From the IMG/VR virus record IMGVR_UViG_3300017971_000277, positions 1 through 64,000 of that record: a DNA stretch of 64,000 bases; one strand, given 5' to 3'. Every line of letters begins with the position of its first letter. Position 1 is the stretch's first letter. Origin of the DNA: a virus. This document shows positions 1 through 8,217 of the stretch, one piece after another. Below the pieces are notes generated by a model. The model made no database searches. It had not been told where the DNA came from and was given only the letters and a program-made list of their open reading frames with translations. Position numbers and translations under genes: made by a program.

Positions 1-40
1 GGAGCGCTTCGCGCTTTGCGCTTCTAGCTCGCAAGTCCAT
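1..40 (-). CDS. 5' fragment of a hypothetical protein running off the window (MDLRARSAKREAL...)
   Basis: ATG at 40 overlaps the TGA of the upstream ORF (TGATG coupling). Confidence 0.4.
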   Translation of the reverse strand, partial: MDLRARSAKREAL

Positions 41-372
41 CAGACTCCCTCCCCTGCGAAGCGCTCGCGCAGACTGGCGATGTAGTCTCGAGCGCTCGCG
101 AGGTTATCCGCGCGAGTCTCCCCCCCGTTGAAGCATCGCGACATCTCGTTATCTCGCTGGATGGCTTCTGCGGACTTCGGCATCGCGACGATGTCTAGGA
201 TCGTGACTGCGCAGATGTTGCCACTAGGGGAAAAGGGGGATGCTCCCTCGGATAGCTCATACGCGATGTGGGGAGCAATCCATCCCGTCTCTAGGACTTC
301 TGGGGTAAAGGGATTCGCTCCCTTAAGCGCTTCCCGGATGTAGCGTCGCGCGCTTTTGATCGGACTTCGCAT
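40..372 (-). CDS. hypothetical phage protein
   Basis: 110-aa ORF tightly packed between neighbours. Confidence 0.7.
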   Translation of the reverse strand: MRSPIKSARRYIREALKGANPFTPEVLETGWIAPHIAYELSEGASPFSPSGNICAVTILDIVAMPKSAEAIQRDNEMSRCFNGGETRADNLASARDYIASLRERFAGEGV

Positions 373-374
373 AG

Positions 375-956
375 CTAGTTAGTCCTGTATGCCACGCCAG
401 GGATATACCCTAGCTCGCTCGCAAGCTTGCCAACGCGGTCGATTTCGCGCTCGTTTCCGTCATAGCTCGCCCATTCCTCGTTAGGGACGGTAGCGCACAA
501 GTCAAGCCACTCATCTAGGCTCGAGCAAGCTACAGAACCGGGAGCGTAGGACTGGCCTAGCGCCCATGCGATAAGCGCTTGATCCCCTACCATGCATCGG
601 AATTCGGTGGGATCATTCGCTGCCATATCCGCCCATCGCTCCCTTGCCGCATCCCCTGCGGTTTCCGAATCCTCCGACAAGATGAAGGATTCTCCCTCTT
701 CCGTGTCGATTTCGTGCAAGTCTCCCCATCCGATAGCGCGGCAAGATGTGACGTGGAAGCGCTCCCCATCGATGATGATGCGCTCGTACGTGGAATCCGT
801 TTCCCGCTCGAAATCGAGGGACTCATCGTCATCGAAACCGTAGGAAGGGAACACGCTAGCGAAGTCCATCCCTAGCCTTACTCCCTCCCTTGCTAGCGCT
901 TCTAGCGCTTCTGGATCTCTCGAGCGCTCAAGCGCTCGCATCCTGGCATCTTTCAA
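375..956 (-). CDS. hypothetical acidic protein
   Basis: 193-aa ORF with AAAGGT SD-like sequence upstream of the TTG start. Confidence 0.75.
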   Translation of the reverse strand: MKDARMRALERSRDPEALEALAREGVRLGMDFASVFPSYGFDDDESLDFERETDSTYERIIIDGERFHVTSCRAIGWGDLHEIDTEEGESFILSEDSETAGDAARERWADMAANDPTEFRCMVGDQALIAWALGQSYAPGSVACSSLDEWLDLCATVPNEEWASYDGNEREIDRVGKLASELGYIPGVAYRTN

Positions 957-1002
957 TGGTCTACCTTTCTGCGCTCCCGCGGAATTGCTCGAGCGCTTCG
1001 CT

Positions 1003-1032
1003 ACATCACCATCTCAAGCGCGCGACTGTCAA
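1003..1032 (-). promoter_or_regulatory. possible sigma70-type promoter for the leftward genes
   Basis: Perfect TTGACA at 1032-1027, but only a weak -10 candidate (TGATGT at 18-bp spacing). Confidence 0.35.
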
Positions 1033-1600
1033 GCTTCAAAACCTTAAAACTTCGTGCTCCCCCCTCGAGCGAGTCTCTCATCGCGATGACAGGAAGCGCG
1101 GCATCTCGCTCGAGCGTTGAAGCCAAAGGATTTAAAAGTATCCCTTGCCTTCCCTGATGAGCGCTCCCCTTAGCCTATGAATCCGAGCGAGACTCGCCCG
1201 ATGGGTTTGAGACTCGCGCGCTAATTGGCATTTCGTCGCGCTGCTACCGCTCGAGGGAGGGAGGCTAACCCGCTCCCGCTCGAGCGCGGATAGGCTCCCG
1301 CGGACTCCCGCGGTAGGCTCGAGCCTCCCTCGAGCGCTCGCCTGGTAGGCTGAAAAGATCGTAAACCTTTAAGCTTTTGAAGGTTAACCGATACGCCTAG
1401 ACTTGCGGCTGAAAAGCTACAGGCAAGTCCCGTGCCTGAAACTGAGCGTTTCCGCCCTTTAATATCTTAAACCCTTGATATTGAAGGACTTAACGAGTTT
1501 TAAGGGTTTAAGCGTTTCATTTCACCGAAACTTTTCACCTTTTCGTCGCATGAAAAGAATCGGATTTGAGGCGGGGCCTGGCACGACCCCCCTGGGGCGG

Positions 1601-1745
1601 GAGGGGCCTAAAGCGCGGCGATGCAACAAAATTTCTGGGGATGGGGTGCCCTCACGTTTCCAGGCGGCGCGACCGCGGGATGACGTGATGGGAAGGGGCC
1701 TAAACCTAGAAGATGCAACAAAATTTCTGAGGATGGGGTGGCCTC
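1601..1745. repeat. imperfect ~50-bp direct repeat, two copies ~92 bp apart
   Basis: AGGGGCCTAAA-N7/8-GATGCAACAAAATTTCTG(G/A)GGATGGGGTG(C/G)CCTC at ~1602-1653 and ~1694-1745. Confidence 0.85.
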
Positions 1746-1777
1746 GTACTTTTCGAGGACTCCCATCCGTTCACGAC

Positions 1778-2422
1778 CTAGATCGTGTAGCCGAACCTGT
1801 GGGCGAGGTTGCGAAGCTCTCGGCGCAACCCGTCGTCCTTGCAGTCATCAGCGCTGAGACGAGCAGTGGATCCGCTAGAGCCGACGTTCGAGGGAATTGC
1901 GAACGCTGCCCTCTCCTGCTCTCTGGTCGGCTCGTGACCCAGCAGAAAAGCCATGCGAGCTAGGCGCGTAGTGGGGTCGTCCTCGAGCCTGCCGAACACG
2001 TAGCCTGGGTGGTCCTCGGCCTTCAAGACCAGCTTGTTCCACGCGACCCAGAGCGCAAAACCCTGCGTAGGAGGGTCGTCGTAGCCGACGATCTGAGGGG
2101 CGTGCTGCGCGTGAAACTGACCTCCACGGTGTCCTGCCTGACAAGGTAGGTGCTTGTGGCGCATCATGCTTGCGACCACGCGCAGAGGATTGCGAACCTG
2201 ATGCAAGATCAGCCAGTCTCGAGGGAAGTCGGAGACGAACGGGGCAGCGAAAGCGCTAGATTCAGCTACTCACCCCGCCCCGGCATCGGAAACACCCCCC
2301 GACCGGTCATCGAAGGCTTTCTGGTGTCCGCAAGGAACACCTAGCGCAGAGAGCGTTTCCGCAGAGAACCGGGTGCCCGATCGACCGCACCCAGTTACGA
2401 CCAGCCTGGTGAAGCGGCTCAC
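1778..2422 (-). pseudogene. sulfotransferase-family protein interrupted by one in-frame TGA (2272-2270)
   Basis: GTG at 2422 (GTGA overlap) gives LVVTGCGRSGT (5'-PSB-like loop). The same frame continues past the stop to LILHQVRNPLRVVAS (3'-PB-like R-x-P...S motif). Confidence 0.7.
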
Positions 2423-2667
2423 ACAGCTTCAGCGTAGTCGGGAGGAAGCGTGTCCTCCGGGTTTGCGTCGTCTTCCTGCTGAGATGCCGGGGAACACTCC
2501 CGCAGTTCTGCGATGTCTTTCTCGTCTACCTGCACGAACCTGCTCTTGCTTAGCCTCTCTTTGGCTCGAGAGCGAAGACGACCTAGCTTGCTGGTAGCCG
2601 GTGCGTTCTTCACGTTGCGGATCGCGCCTAGGGCGCGATCGTAGAGTTCGTCGTTTCCGGCGAGCAT
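2419..2667 (-). CDS. hypothetical protein
   Basis: 82-aa ORF with GAGGAG SD, in operon context. Confidence 0.7.
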   Translation of the reverse strand: MLAGNDELYDRALGAIRNVKNAPATSKLGRLRSRAKERLSKSRFVQVDEKDIAELRECSPASQQEDDANPEDTLPPDYAEAV

Positions 2668-2671
2668 GAGA

Positions 2672-3061
2672 CTACTCCTCAGTCGTGGAGGATCCCTGGA
2701 AGATCTTGATGATCTCTCGCATCAGGTTCTCGTTCTTGTCCTGAAGCGCTTTGATCTGCTCTTCCTTCAACTTCGCTTCGGCAAGATGCGCCTCCTCCTG
2801 ATGCTTGATTGCTTCAGCGTGATCCGCGCCGAGCTTGTCGAGCACACTCGACAAGACAGCGTCCTTCTCGGCTAGATGACGGTCCTTGCAGGCGAGACAG
2901 CGATTGCACGTCTCTACCTTTGGGTCGTCGTTCAGCGGGTCCTTGCAGGACTCCTTCGCCTTGTTGTCCTTCCAGAGCGTAATCACCGCAAGAAGCAGGA
3001 CACCAGCCACCGGAGAGGTCGCTGCCACAGCCTTCAGAACACTAATCGTCAGCGGATCCAT
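2672..3061 (-). CDS. membrane protein with N-terminal TM and coiled coil (holin-like candidate)
   Basis: Hydrophobic SPVAGVLLLAVITLW followed by a charged helical tail. Confidence 0.5.
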   Translation of the reverse strand: MDPLTISVLKAVAATSPVAGVLLLAVITLWKDNKAKESCKDPLNDDPKVETCNRCLACKDRHLAEKDAVLSSVLDKLGADHAEAIKHQEEAHLAEAKLKEEQIKALQDKNENLMREIIKIFQGSSTTEE

Positions 3062-3072
3062 GACCCCCCAAA

Positions 3073-3588
3073 CTACTTTCGACCGACCCCGATCGCTAGC
3101 AGGAATCGTTCTCGGTCTACGGTACTGAGGAAATCATCAAGGATGATGATCGCAAAGTCAGCGTCGTCGTGGCAGACGATCAGGTGATTGATGTGCTCCT
3201 GACCGTCCAGAAGGTCGATTAGAGCACTTGTGCGTAGAGCTAGGCAGCTTTTCCAGCGGTTAGCACGAAAGATCAGCAGCGGTTGGAGGGTGTAGCCGGT
3301 TTCTTCCGCACATCGCGCAACATCGTCGATGACCTGGCCCCACCAGTCGAGGACCGGGGACTTACCGCGCAGAATCAGGCTGAGGTCGATCTCCTTGTGG
3401 TGCTTGCACTCCACGATCGCAGGAAACGACTCTGGGGGTAGGAGATCGCCGTACGTGAAAGCAGCGCCCCCCCATCGGAGCGCGCCGCTGTTCGGCATTC
3501 GCCTGAACTCTTCACCCCACCACTCGCTCAGAGTCTTGGCAGTGTCGAGTTCGAAGCGATTCCCCTTGTTCTTGGACTTGCTGGGCAC
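3073..3588 (-). CDS. Holliday junction resolvase, PD-(D/E)xK family
   Basis: SKNKGNRFE...RRMPNSGA...GDL...VECK pattern typical of phage Hjc/T5 D14-like resolvases. Confidence 0.85.
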   Translation of the reverse strand: MPSKSKNKGNRFELDTAKTLSEWWGEEFRRMPNSGALRWGGAAFTYGDLLPPESFPAIVECKHHKEIDLSLILRGKSPVLDWWGQVIDDVARCAEETGYTLQPLLIFRANRWKSCLALRTSALIDLLDGQEHINHLIVCHDDADFAIIILDDFLSTVDRERFLLAIGVGRK

Positions 3589-3885
3589 CTACCACTTGAC
3601 CTTCTTCGCCCAGTAGGCAGCGCTCATCTTGCCCTTTGCGATGTTCTTCGCGTGTCGGTCGTTGAACGCCTTGCGCTTCTTCTTCATCGCAGCGCTCTCG
3701 CCCTTCTTGGCCTTGCCTGCGGTCTTCGCGCCCTGCTCACCGAAGCGGATCAGCTTGTATTGGTCGCCCTCCTTGGCGAGCACGATGTGCGACTTCTTCG
3801 GGTGGTTCGGCGTGCGCTTCGGTTTGTTGACTCCGCTGAGCCCGTGCTTCTTGAGGAGGTTCTTGATGCGTTCCGGATGTGCCAT
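3589..3885 (-). CDS. small highly basic viral protein (98 aa, MAHPERIKN...SAAYWAKKVKW)
   Basis: ATG 3885 overlaps the upstream TGA. KLIRFG...RH...SAAYW pattern resembles uncharacterised phage/giant-virus proteins, from memory. Confidence 0.75.
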   Translation of the reverse strand: MAHPERIKNLLKKHGLSGVNKPKRTPNHPKKSHIVLAKEGDQYKLIRFGEQGAKTAGKAKKGESAAMKKKRKAFNDRHAKNIAKGKMSAAYWAKKVKW

Positions 3886-4253
3886 CAGCGCTTCTTCTTC
3901 CTGCGGGTCGGCTTGACCTTCTTGCCCATGCCGACCTTCTTCTTCTCTGCCTTCTTCCGCTTGAGTTCCGACTTGGACATCTCGCCCTTCGTCTTGGGCG
4001 TCTTCTTGGAGACACGCTTGGTCGGGCGGCAGAATTCGTTCTTGCCTCCCTGCCCGCACGGCTTGCCGGTGCGCGTGTCTACCCAGCCCTCCTTCTGCCA
4101 GCGCTTCAGGTCGCTTCCCGCCTTGGTTTTGCGGGTCTTCCCCTTCTTCTTTCGGCACTGCGCAACCTGTTGGGAGGCTCGAGCGGAAGGCCAGACCTTG
4201 ACCCTGGACTTCACCTTGCGAGCGCAAGCGTCCAACTTCTTCTTCTTTGCCAC
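3885..4253 (-). CDS. highly basic viral protein, DUF5872-like
   Basis: WPSARAS...LKRWQKEGWVD...KPCG...CRPTKRVSKKTPKT motifs; very Lys-rich. Confidence 0.7.
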   Translation of the reverse strand: MAKKKKLDACARKVKSRVKVWPSARASQQVAQCRKKKGKTRKTKAGSDLKRWQKEGWVDTRTGKPCGQGGKNEFCRPTKRVSKKTPKTKGEMSKSELKRKKAEKKKVGMGKKVKPTRRKKKR

Positions 4254-4267
4254 GGCAACTCCGCGAT

Positions 4268-4310
4268 GAGAGAGAGAGAGAGAGAGGGGGGCGCTAGCGC
4301 CCCCCTCTCT
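4268..4310. terminator. perfect 30-bp palindrome with adjoining (GA)9 tract
   Basis: AGAGAGGGGGGCGCTAGCGCCCCCCTCTCT at 4281-4310. On the minus strand it is followed by (UC)n rather than a U-tract. Confidence 0.55.
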
Positions 4311-4323
4311 TGTCCTTGTTGAC

Positions 4324-4428
4324 TCAGCGCTTCTTCTTGGTCTTCTTCTTGTGCTTCATCAGCGCCGCGGGAAGCTTGCCCTTCTTCTTCTTGGCCTTCT
4401 TTTTGGCCTTCTTCTTGCCGTGCATCAT
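4324..4428 (-). CDS. 34-aa protamine-like Lys-rich peptide (MMHGKKKAKKKAKKKKGKLPAALMKHKKKTKKKR)
   Basis: Translated by hand (below the ORF-track cutoff). AGGAG SD upstream; fills the gap between genes. Confidence 0.75.
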   Translation of the reverse strand: MMHGKKKAKKKAKKKKGKLPAALMKHKKKTKKKR

Positions 4429-4440
4429 GGTCGAGATCTC

Positions 4441-4704
4441 CTAGAGACGACGCGCGTCGTTGTTGGTGGTGGTGCGGAGCTTGGGAAGGGTGCCGGTGAC
4501 CTTGGTGTTCGAGCCGATCACCTCGGCTGGATCCCGCGTCTGCTGGAACGCCTGCCGCTTGGCAGCGACCTGATCGCGCATCTCCGCCTCGAGCGGGCCG
4601 ATGGGAGTCTGACCCTGCCGATCGGCCAGCGGAGGAGGACCCTCCGCTCCCATCAGGCTCTCGAGGGTCTTGCTGCGCGTCGTGTTGACCTTGAAGTTCG
4701 CCAT
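4441..4704 (-). CDS. hypothetical protein
   Basis: 87-aa ORF with AGGAGG SD. Confidence 0.75.
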   Translation of the reverse strand: MANFKVNTTRSKTLESLMGAEGPPPLADRQGQTPIGPLEAEMRDQVAAKRQAFQQTRDPAEVIGSNTKVTGTLPKLRTTTNNDARRL

Positions 4705-4713
4705 GTTGGCCTC

Positions 4714-5022
4714 CTAGCCGATGGTGACGCCCGCGGCGTCGAGCTTCTCGATGAGCTTCGCCCGACCCAGCGTGTGCGGATCAGCGATGCTGTGGGTGTT
4801 GGCGAGGGCCAGCAAATCCTCGTCGGGGAGCGTGTCCAGCTTCTCCTTGTTGCTCAGACCGCCGCCGCTGGTGATCGCGGTGCTGGGCTTGGGAGCCGGA
4901 GGAGCGGGAGGAGCCGGAGGCTTGGGCTGCTCGCCCTTCTCGGCGGCTTCCTTCGCCAACTGAGCCTTGACGCGAGCCTGCGCGGCCATCGGGTGGCAGG
5001 CGTTCTGAGGGATACGAGCCAT
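4714..5022 (-). CDS. hypothetical protein, Pro-rich linker plus small C-terminal helical domain
   Basis: AGGAGG SD. The C-terminal DEDLLALANTHSI...GRAKLIEKL resembles Rho_N/HeH-type motifs. Confidence 0.7.
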   Translation of the reverse strand: MARIPQNACHPMAAQARVKAQLAKEAAEKGEQPKPPAPPAPPAPKPSTAITSGGGLSNKEKLDTLPDEDLLALANTHSIADPHTLGRAKLIEKLDAAGVTIG

Positions 5023-5032
5023 GTTTGACCTC

Positions 5033-5572
5033 CTAGGTGACGTGTTTCCACGTTCTTCGTGTGACTACGAAATGCACGAGGTTCAGGGTCACCCCAAAAG
5101 CCCGCGCAAGTTCTGCCTGTGTCTCTCCAGCAGCATAGCGCTTTCGGATCTCTCGCACCTGAGATTCCGTAACCTGTGCAGTGTTTATCGCCTCACCCCT
5201 CCTGAGTCGGAGGTTTCGAACGGCGTCGGATAGTTGGTCTTTCTTAGAGCCCCAATACAAGTTCTCGAGCGTGTTGTTCGTTTTCACATCGTCTCGGTGG
5301 CAGCATTCTAGACCTTCTGAGCATGGACCGACGAAAGCCTCAAGGACAAGACGATGCACGAGTTTCCCGACCCGTTCTCCGTCTTTGTATAGTGTTATCG
5401 ACGGGTAGCCGTTGGTTTTACCGATCCAAAGCTTGCGAAGTCTGGGTTGCTTCCGTGGTCCTCGCGAAGATCGTAGGCTCCTAACCCTACCGTGATCCGA
5501 AACCTCGTATAGATCCTCCCAACCTACAATGGGCTTCCACGCTTCATCGCTGGGCCATTGCACTTCTTGCAT
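5033..5572 (-). CDS. free-standing NUMOD4-HNH homing endonuclease with C-terminal HTH
   Basis: WKPIVGWEDLYEVSDHGRVRS (NUMOD4), VHRLVLEAF...CCHRDDVKTNN...NL (HNH), TQAELARAFGVT (HTH). Start placed at ATG 5572 after GGAG. Confidence 0.9.
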   Translation of the reverse strand: MQEVQWPSDEAWKPIVGWEDLYEVSDHGRVRSLRSSRGPRKQPRLRKLWIGKTNGYPSITLYKDGERVGKLVHRLVLEAFVGPCSEGLECCHRDDVKTNNTLENLYWGSKKDQLSDAVRNLRLRRGEAINTAQVTESQVREIRKRYAAGETQAELARAFGVTLNLVHFVVTRRTWKHVT

Positions 5573-5647
5573 CTCTGCTCCAAAGCAAGCGGGTCGTCCT
5601 CTGGCGCAAGAACGTCCCACTCATAGTTGCATAAGATACAGACGACC

Positions 5648-5911
5648 TCAAGCCTCGAGTCGGTCGATGGCTGCGGTGATGGCTCTGTCTTTGCCTTGGA
5701 GTGTGAGGAGGTAGGTGGCCCGAACTGCCTGAGCGACGACTCTTCGAATGTCACGGTTGAGTTCAGCCGCGAAAGGAACGAGTGCGCGGTCGCCAGAGCC
5801 GCCACTAGCAGAGAGCGGGCGGCAGATCTTATCCACGACATCGGCAAGCTCCTGCTCCGGGGTGTCCTTCTTGGTGACGGGGATGTGGGGAAACAGAGGA
5901 AGCTGGTTCAT
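5648..5911 (-). CDS. hypothetical protein
   Basis: 87-aa ORF with ATGA overlap with the SbcC-like gene. Confidence 0.65.
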   Translation of the reverse strand: MNQLPLFPHIPVTKKDTPEQELADVVDKICRPLSASGGSGDRALVPFAAELNRDIRRVVAQAVRATYLLTLQGKDRAITAAIDRLEA

Positions 5912-7824
5912 GCGCGTATCTCCTCGATCCTGCTGACCCCTCTCTCCTTGATGACCTTCCAGCGCGTCTCGAACAAGGGCTTGAGAACTTCGCTGTGGGA
6001 AATCACGAGAACGGTGCCTGCTCGCGGAACGATGTGCTTGTGGAGGAGCCCGATCACGGCTTCGCAGCCTGGACCATCCAGGCTATCAAAGGGCTCGTCC
6101 AAGAGTCTCAGGTGGACTGGAGCGACGGATCTTGAGGCAGCCAAGTCACCTAGAGCAAACAGGATCGCGATGTCTGCGCGCTTCCGCTCTCCGCCTGACT
6201 TGCCCTTGTACTTCTCGCTCCCGCCTGGGTAGTGGACGGCAAAGGACATCTTCTCGCGTACTGCTCCGCTCTTGAGCTTGGTCTGCGTCTTGATCTCGAC
6301 CCAGGCGTTGCTGCGTGAAAGCTCCTTCATGTAGACGTTGGCGCGGATGTTGAGGAACGGCGTCACTCGAGCAAGGAGTAGGTTCTTCACTCCCTTATGG
6401 CTGAATCCCTTGACCCAGTAGAGAAGGTCGCGCCTGCGTTGCGCAGGAAGCTCGAGGTCACGCAGCACGTCGGCGTGCTCCTGAACCGCTTTCGAGATCT
6501 GCAACTCGACCTGATCGACCAGCTTGCCGTAGGGGTTCTCCTCCGTTTCCGCCTTGGCTAGCTCGCGCTCGACCTCAGCAACTTGCGCTTTCAAGCGCTG
6601 AAACTCCTGCTCCCGGTGCTGTAGTTGGAGCTTCAGGGCTGCTATCTCCGCCTCGAGTTCCGAACTGTCGATGTAGACGCTGGAGGCTTCGTTGAGCTTC
6701 TGCTCGAGGATCGACATCCTTTCCTCTTCCTCAGCGACTTTGGCCTCGAGCGCTTTGCAGTCTTCGGAGAGATCCTGCTTGTTCTGGATCGCCTCCGCGG
6801 CTTCTCGCTCGAAAGAACGGCGGAGTGCATCCCGATCCTCTTCGTCCAGAAGCCGGTCGCACGCAGGACACGTCTGCGCGGCTTCCATCTGCGCTTCCAC
6901 GTCAGGAACGGAGATGGCCGACAGCTTTCCGCGCAGACCAGAAAGCTTGATGCTCCATTGCGTGTGGAGGCTACGCGCCTCGTCGTATTTCACCCTGGCC
7001 TGGTCGATCGCGTGCTGTTGTGTCTCCTTTGCCGCCAGGATCTCGTGGAGTTTGGCTTCCTTCTCGCCAAGCTCGTCAAGTAGCGGTTGGATCACCGGAG
7101 GCTCGATTGCGTCCAGTCGCTCTAGCTCACGCTGAAGGACTTCGATCCGACCAGCACGACCTTCCTCAAATTCCTTCTTCTGCGCCTTCAGATCGTTGCG
7201 GGTCTGCGTGAACGCACCCTTCTTGCTCCCGATGTCTCTGCGCTTCTGCTCAAGCTCAGCGACCTCCTGCTCGACCTCAGCAAGAAGCGCTTTTGCCTTC
7301 GTCTCAGCGGCTCGGAAGCGGTGGAGAGCCAGAACGGTATCCAGTACGCCTTTCGCCTCTTGGTCGCTTCCTGCCGCAATCCCCTCCTTCCCCTGGGGGA
7401 AGAGCACGACCGACGTGAACGCGCTCCAGTCGAGGCGGAGGATCTGGCAAATGAGAATCTGCGTGTCTCTTGAGGTCGCTCCGGTGATGTCGTTTCCATC
7501 GACGCGGAGGTAAAGGTTGTTTCCGTGCTCCTTGTGCTTGCGGTAGCGACGGATCTCTACTTCCTGCCCATCGTTGTTGATGTCGATCTCGACCGCTGTG
7601 TCCTTCGTGCCGACACGACACACGTCGTCGCCGCGGAGCCCTTGATTGGTCTGACCGAACAGCCCCCAGCAGAGAGCTTCGAACAGCGTGCTCTTGCCTG
7701 CTCCGTTGCTTCCGCCTGAGTCTCGGTTCTCTCCTTCGATGAGGATGAGCCCACGGTCCCGCAAGTGAAGCTCGGTGCTCTCGTGGCTGCCGAAATTACG
7801 AAAGGCTAGACGGTCGATCTGCAT
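5908..7824 (-). CDS. SbcC/Rad50-like (gp46-like) recombination ATPase
   Basis: Walker A NGAGKS, coiled coils with CPAC zinc hook, signature KSGGE, Walker B LLDE, ISH. Start placed at MQIDRL. Confidence 0.93.
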   Translation of the reverse strand: MQIDRLAFRNFGSHESTELHLRDRGLILIEGENRDSGGSNGAGKSTLFEALCWGLFGQTNQGLRGDDVCRVGTKDTAVEIDINNDGQEVEIRRYRKHKEHGNNLYLRVDGNDITGATSRDTQILICQILRLDWSAFTSVVLFPQGKEGIAAGSDQEAKGVLDTVLALHRFRAAETKAKALLAEVEQEVAELEQKRRDIGSKKGAFTQTRNDLKAQKKEFEEGRAGRIEVLQRELERLDAIEPPVIQPLLDELGEKEAKLHEILAAKETQQHAIDQARVKYDEARSLHTQWSIKLSGLRGKLSAISVPDVEAQMEAAQTCPACDRLLDEEDRDALRRSFEREAAEAIQNKQDLSEDCKALEAKVAEEEERMSILEQKLNEASSVYIDSSELEAEIAALKLQLQHREQEFQRLKAQVAEVERELAKAETEENPYGKLVDQVELQISKAVQEHADVLRDLELPAQRRRDLLYWVKGFSHKGVKNLLLARVTPFLNIRANVYMKELSRSNAWVEIKTQTKLKSGAVREKMSFAVHYPGGSEKYKGKSGGERKRADIAILFALGDLAASRSVAPVHLRLLDEPFDSLDGPGCEAVIGLLHKHIVPRAGTVLVISHSEVLKPLFETRWKVIKERGVSRIEEIRA

Positions 7825-7951
7825 GTTTGATTCTTGGCGGGCACTGCCTGTGAGCCCAAGCCGGCTTTCCGTTCTTTCTGACCCGCTTGTGATTGCTAGA
7901 GCCAACCAGACCGTTGCAACGGATGCATCGGGCTTGTGGAACACGCACCAT
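7796..7951 (-). CDS. 51-aa mini zinc-finger candidate (MVRVPQARCIRCNG...WAHRQCP...)
   Basis: Hand translation shows CxxC...HxxC spacing; fills the intergenic gap. Confidence 0.5.
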   Translation of the reverse strand: MVRVPQARCIRCNGLVGSSNHKRVRKNGKPAWAHRQCPPRIKHADRPSSLS

Positions 7952-7998
7952 CTAACGAACCCTCACGATGATTCGGCCTGGTGACGGAAGGTGAATCA

Positions 7999-8217
7999 TC
8001 AGTCCCCCAGTCTCACGACCTTGGTGATCTTCCCATTCTTCACATCGCACATCGCGACGGTCGGAGGCCACTGGGAACACGTTCTTGGCCCACCGGCGTG
8101 GACCCCGCGCACACGAAAAGGACCGTAGTGCGTCGGATTCCTTGTCAACCACTCCACTGCCTCATCCAAACTCAGGCCGACCAGCGCCTCGTTGAGCTTA
8201 TTCAAAACCTCCTCCAT
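7999..8217 (-). CDS. hypothetical protein
   Basis: 72-aa ORF, TGATG-coupled, AGGAGG SD. Confidence 0.7.
   Translation of the reverse strand: MEEVLNKLNEALVGLSLDEAVEWLTRNPTHYGPFRVRGVHAGGPRTCSQWPPTVAMCDVKNGKITKVVRLGD

Noticed and set aside
1601-1745. Direct repeat as a mini CRISPR array
   Set aside because: Only two imperfect copies and no cas genes in the window.
1475-1963. 162-aa + strand ORF across the non-coding region
   Set aside because: Runs through the repeats and antisense into the sulfotransferase-like gene; no motifs.
2270-2272. Genome-wide TGA reassignment as the explanation for the sulfotransferase stop
   Set aside because: TGA terminates many genes in ATGA/GTGA/TGATG overlaps.
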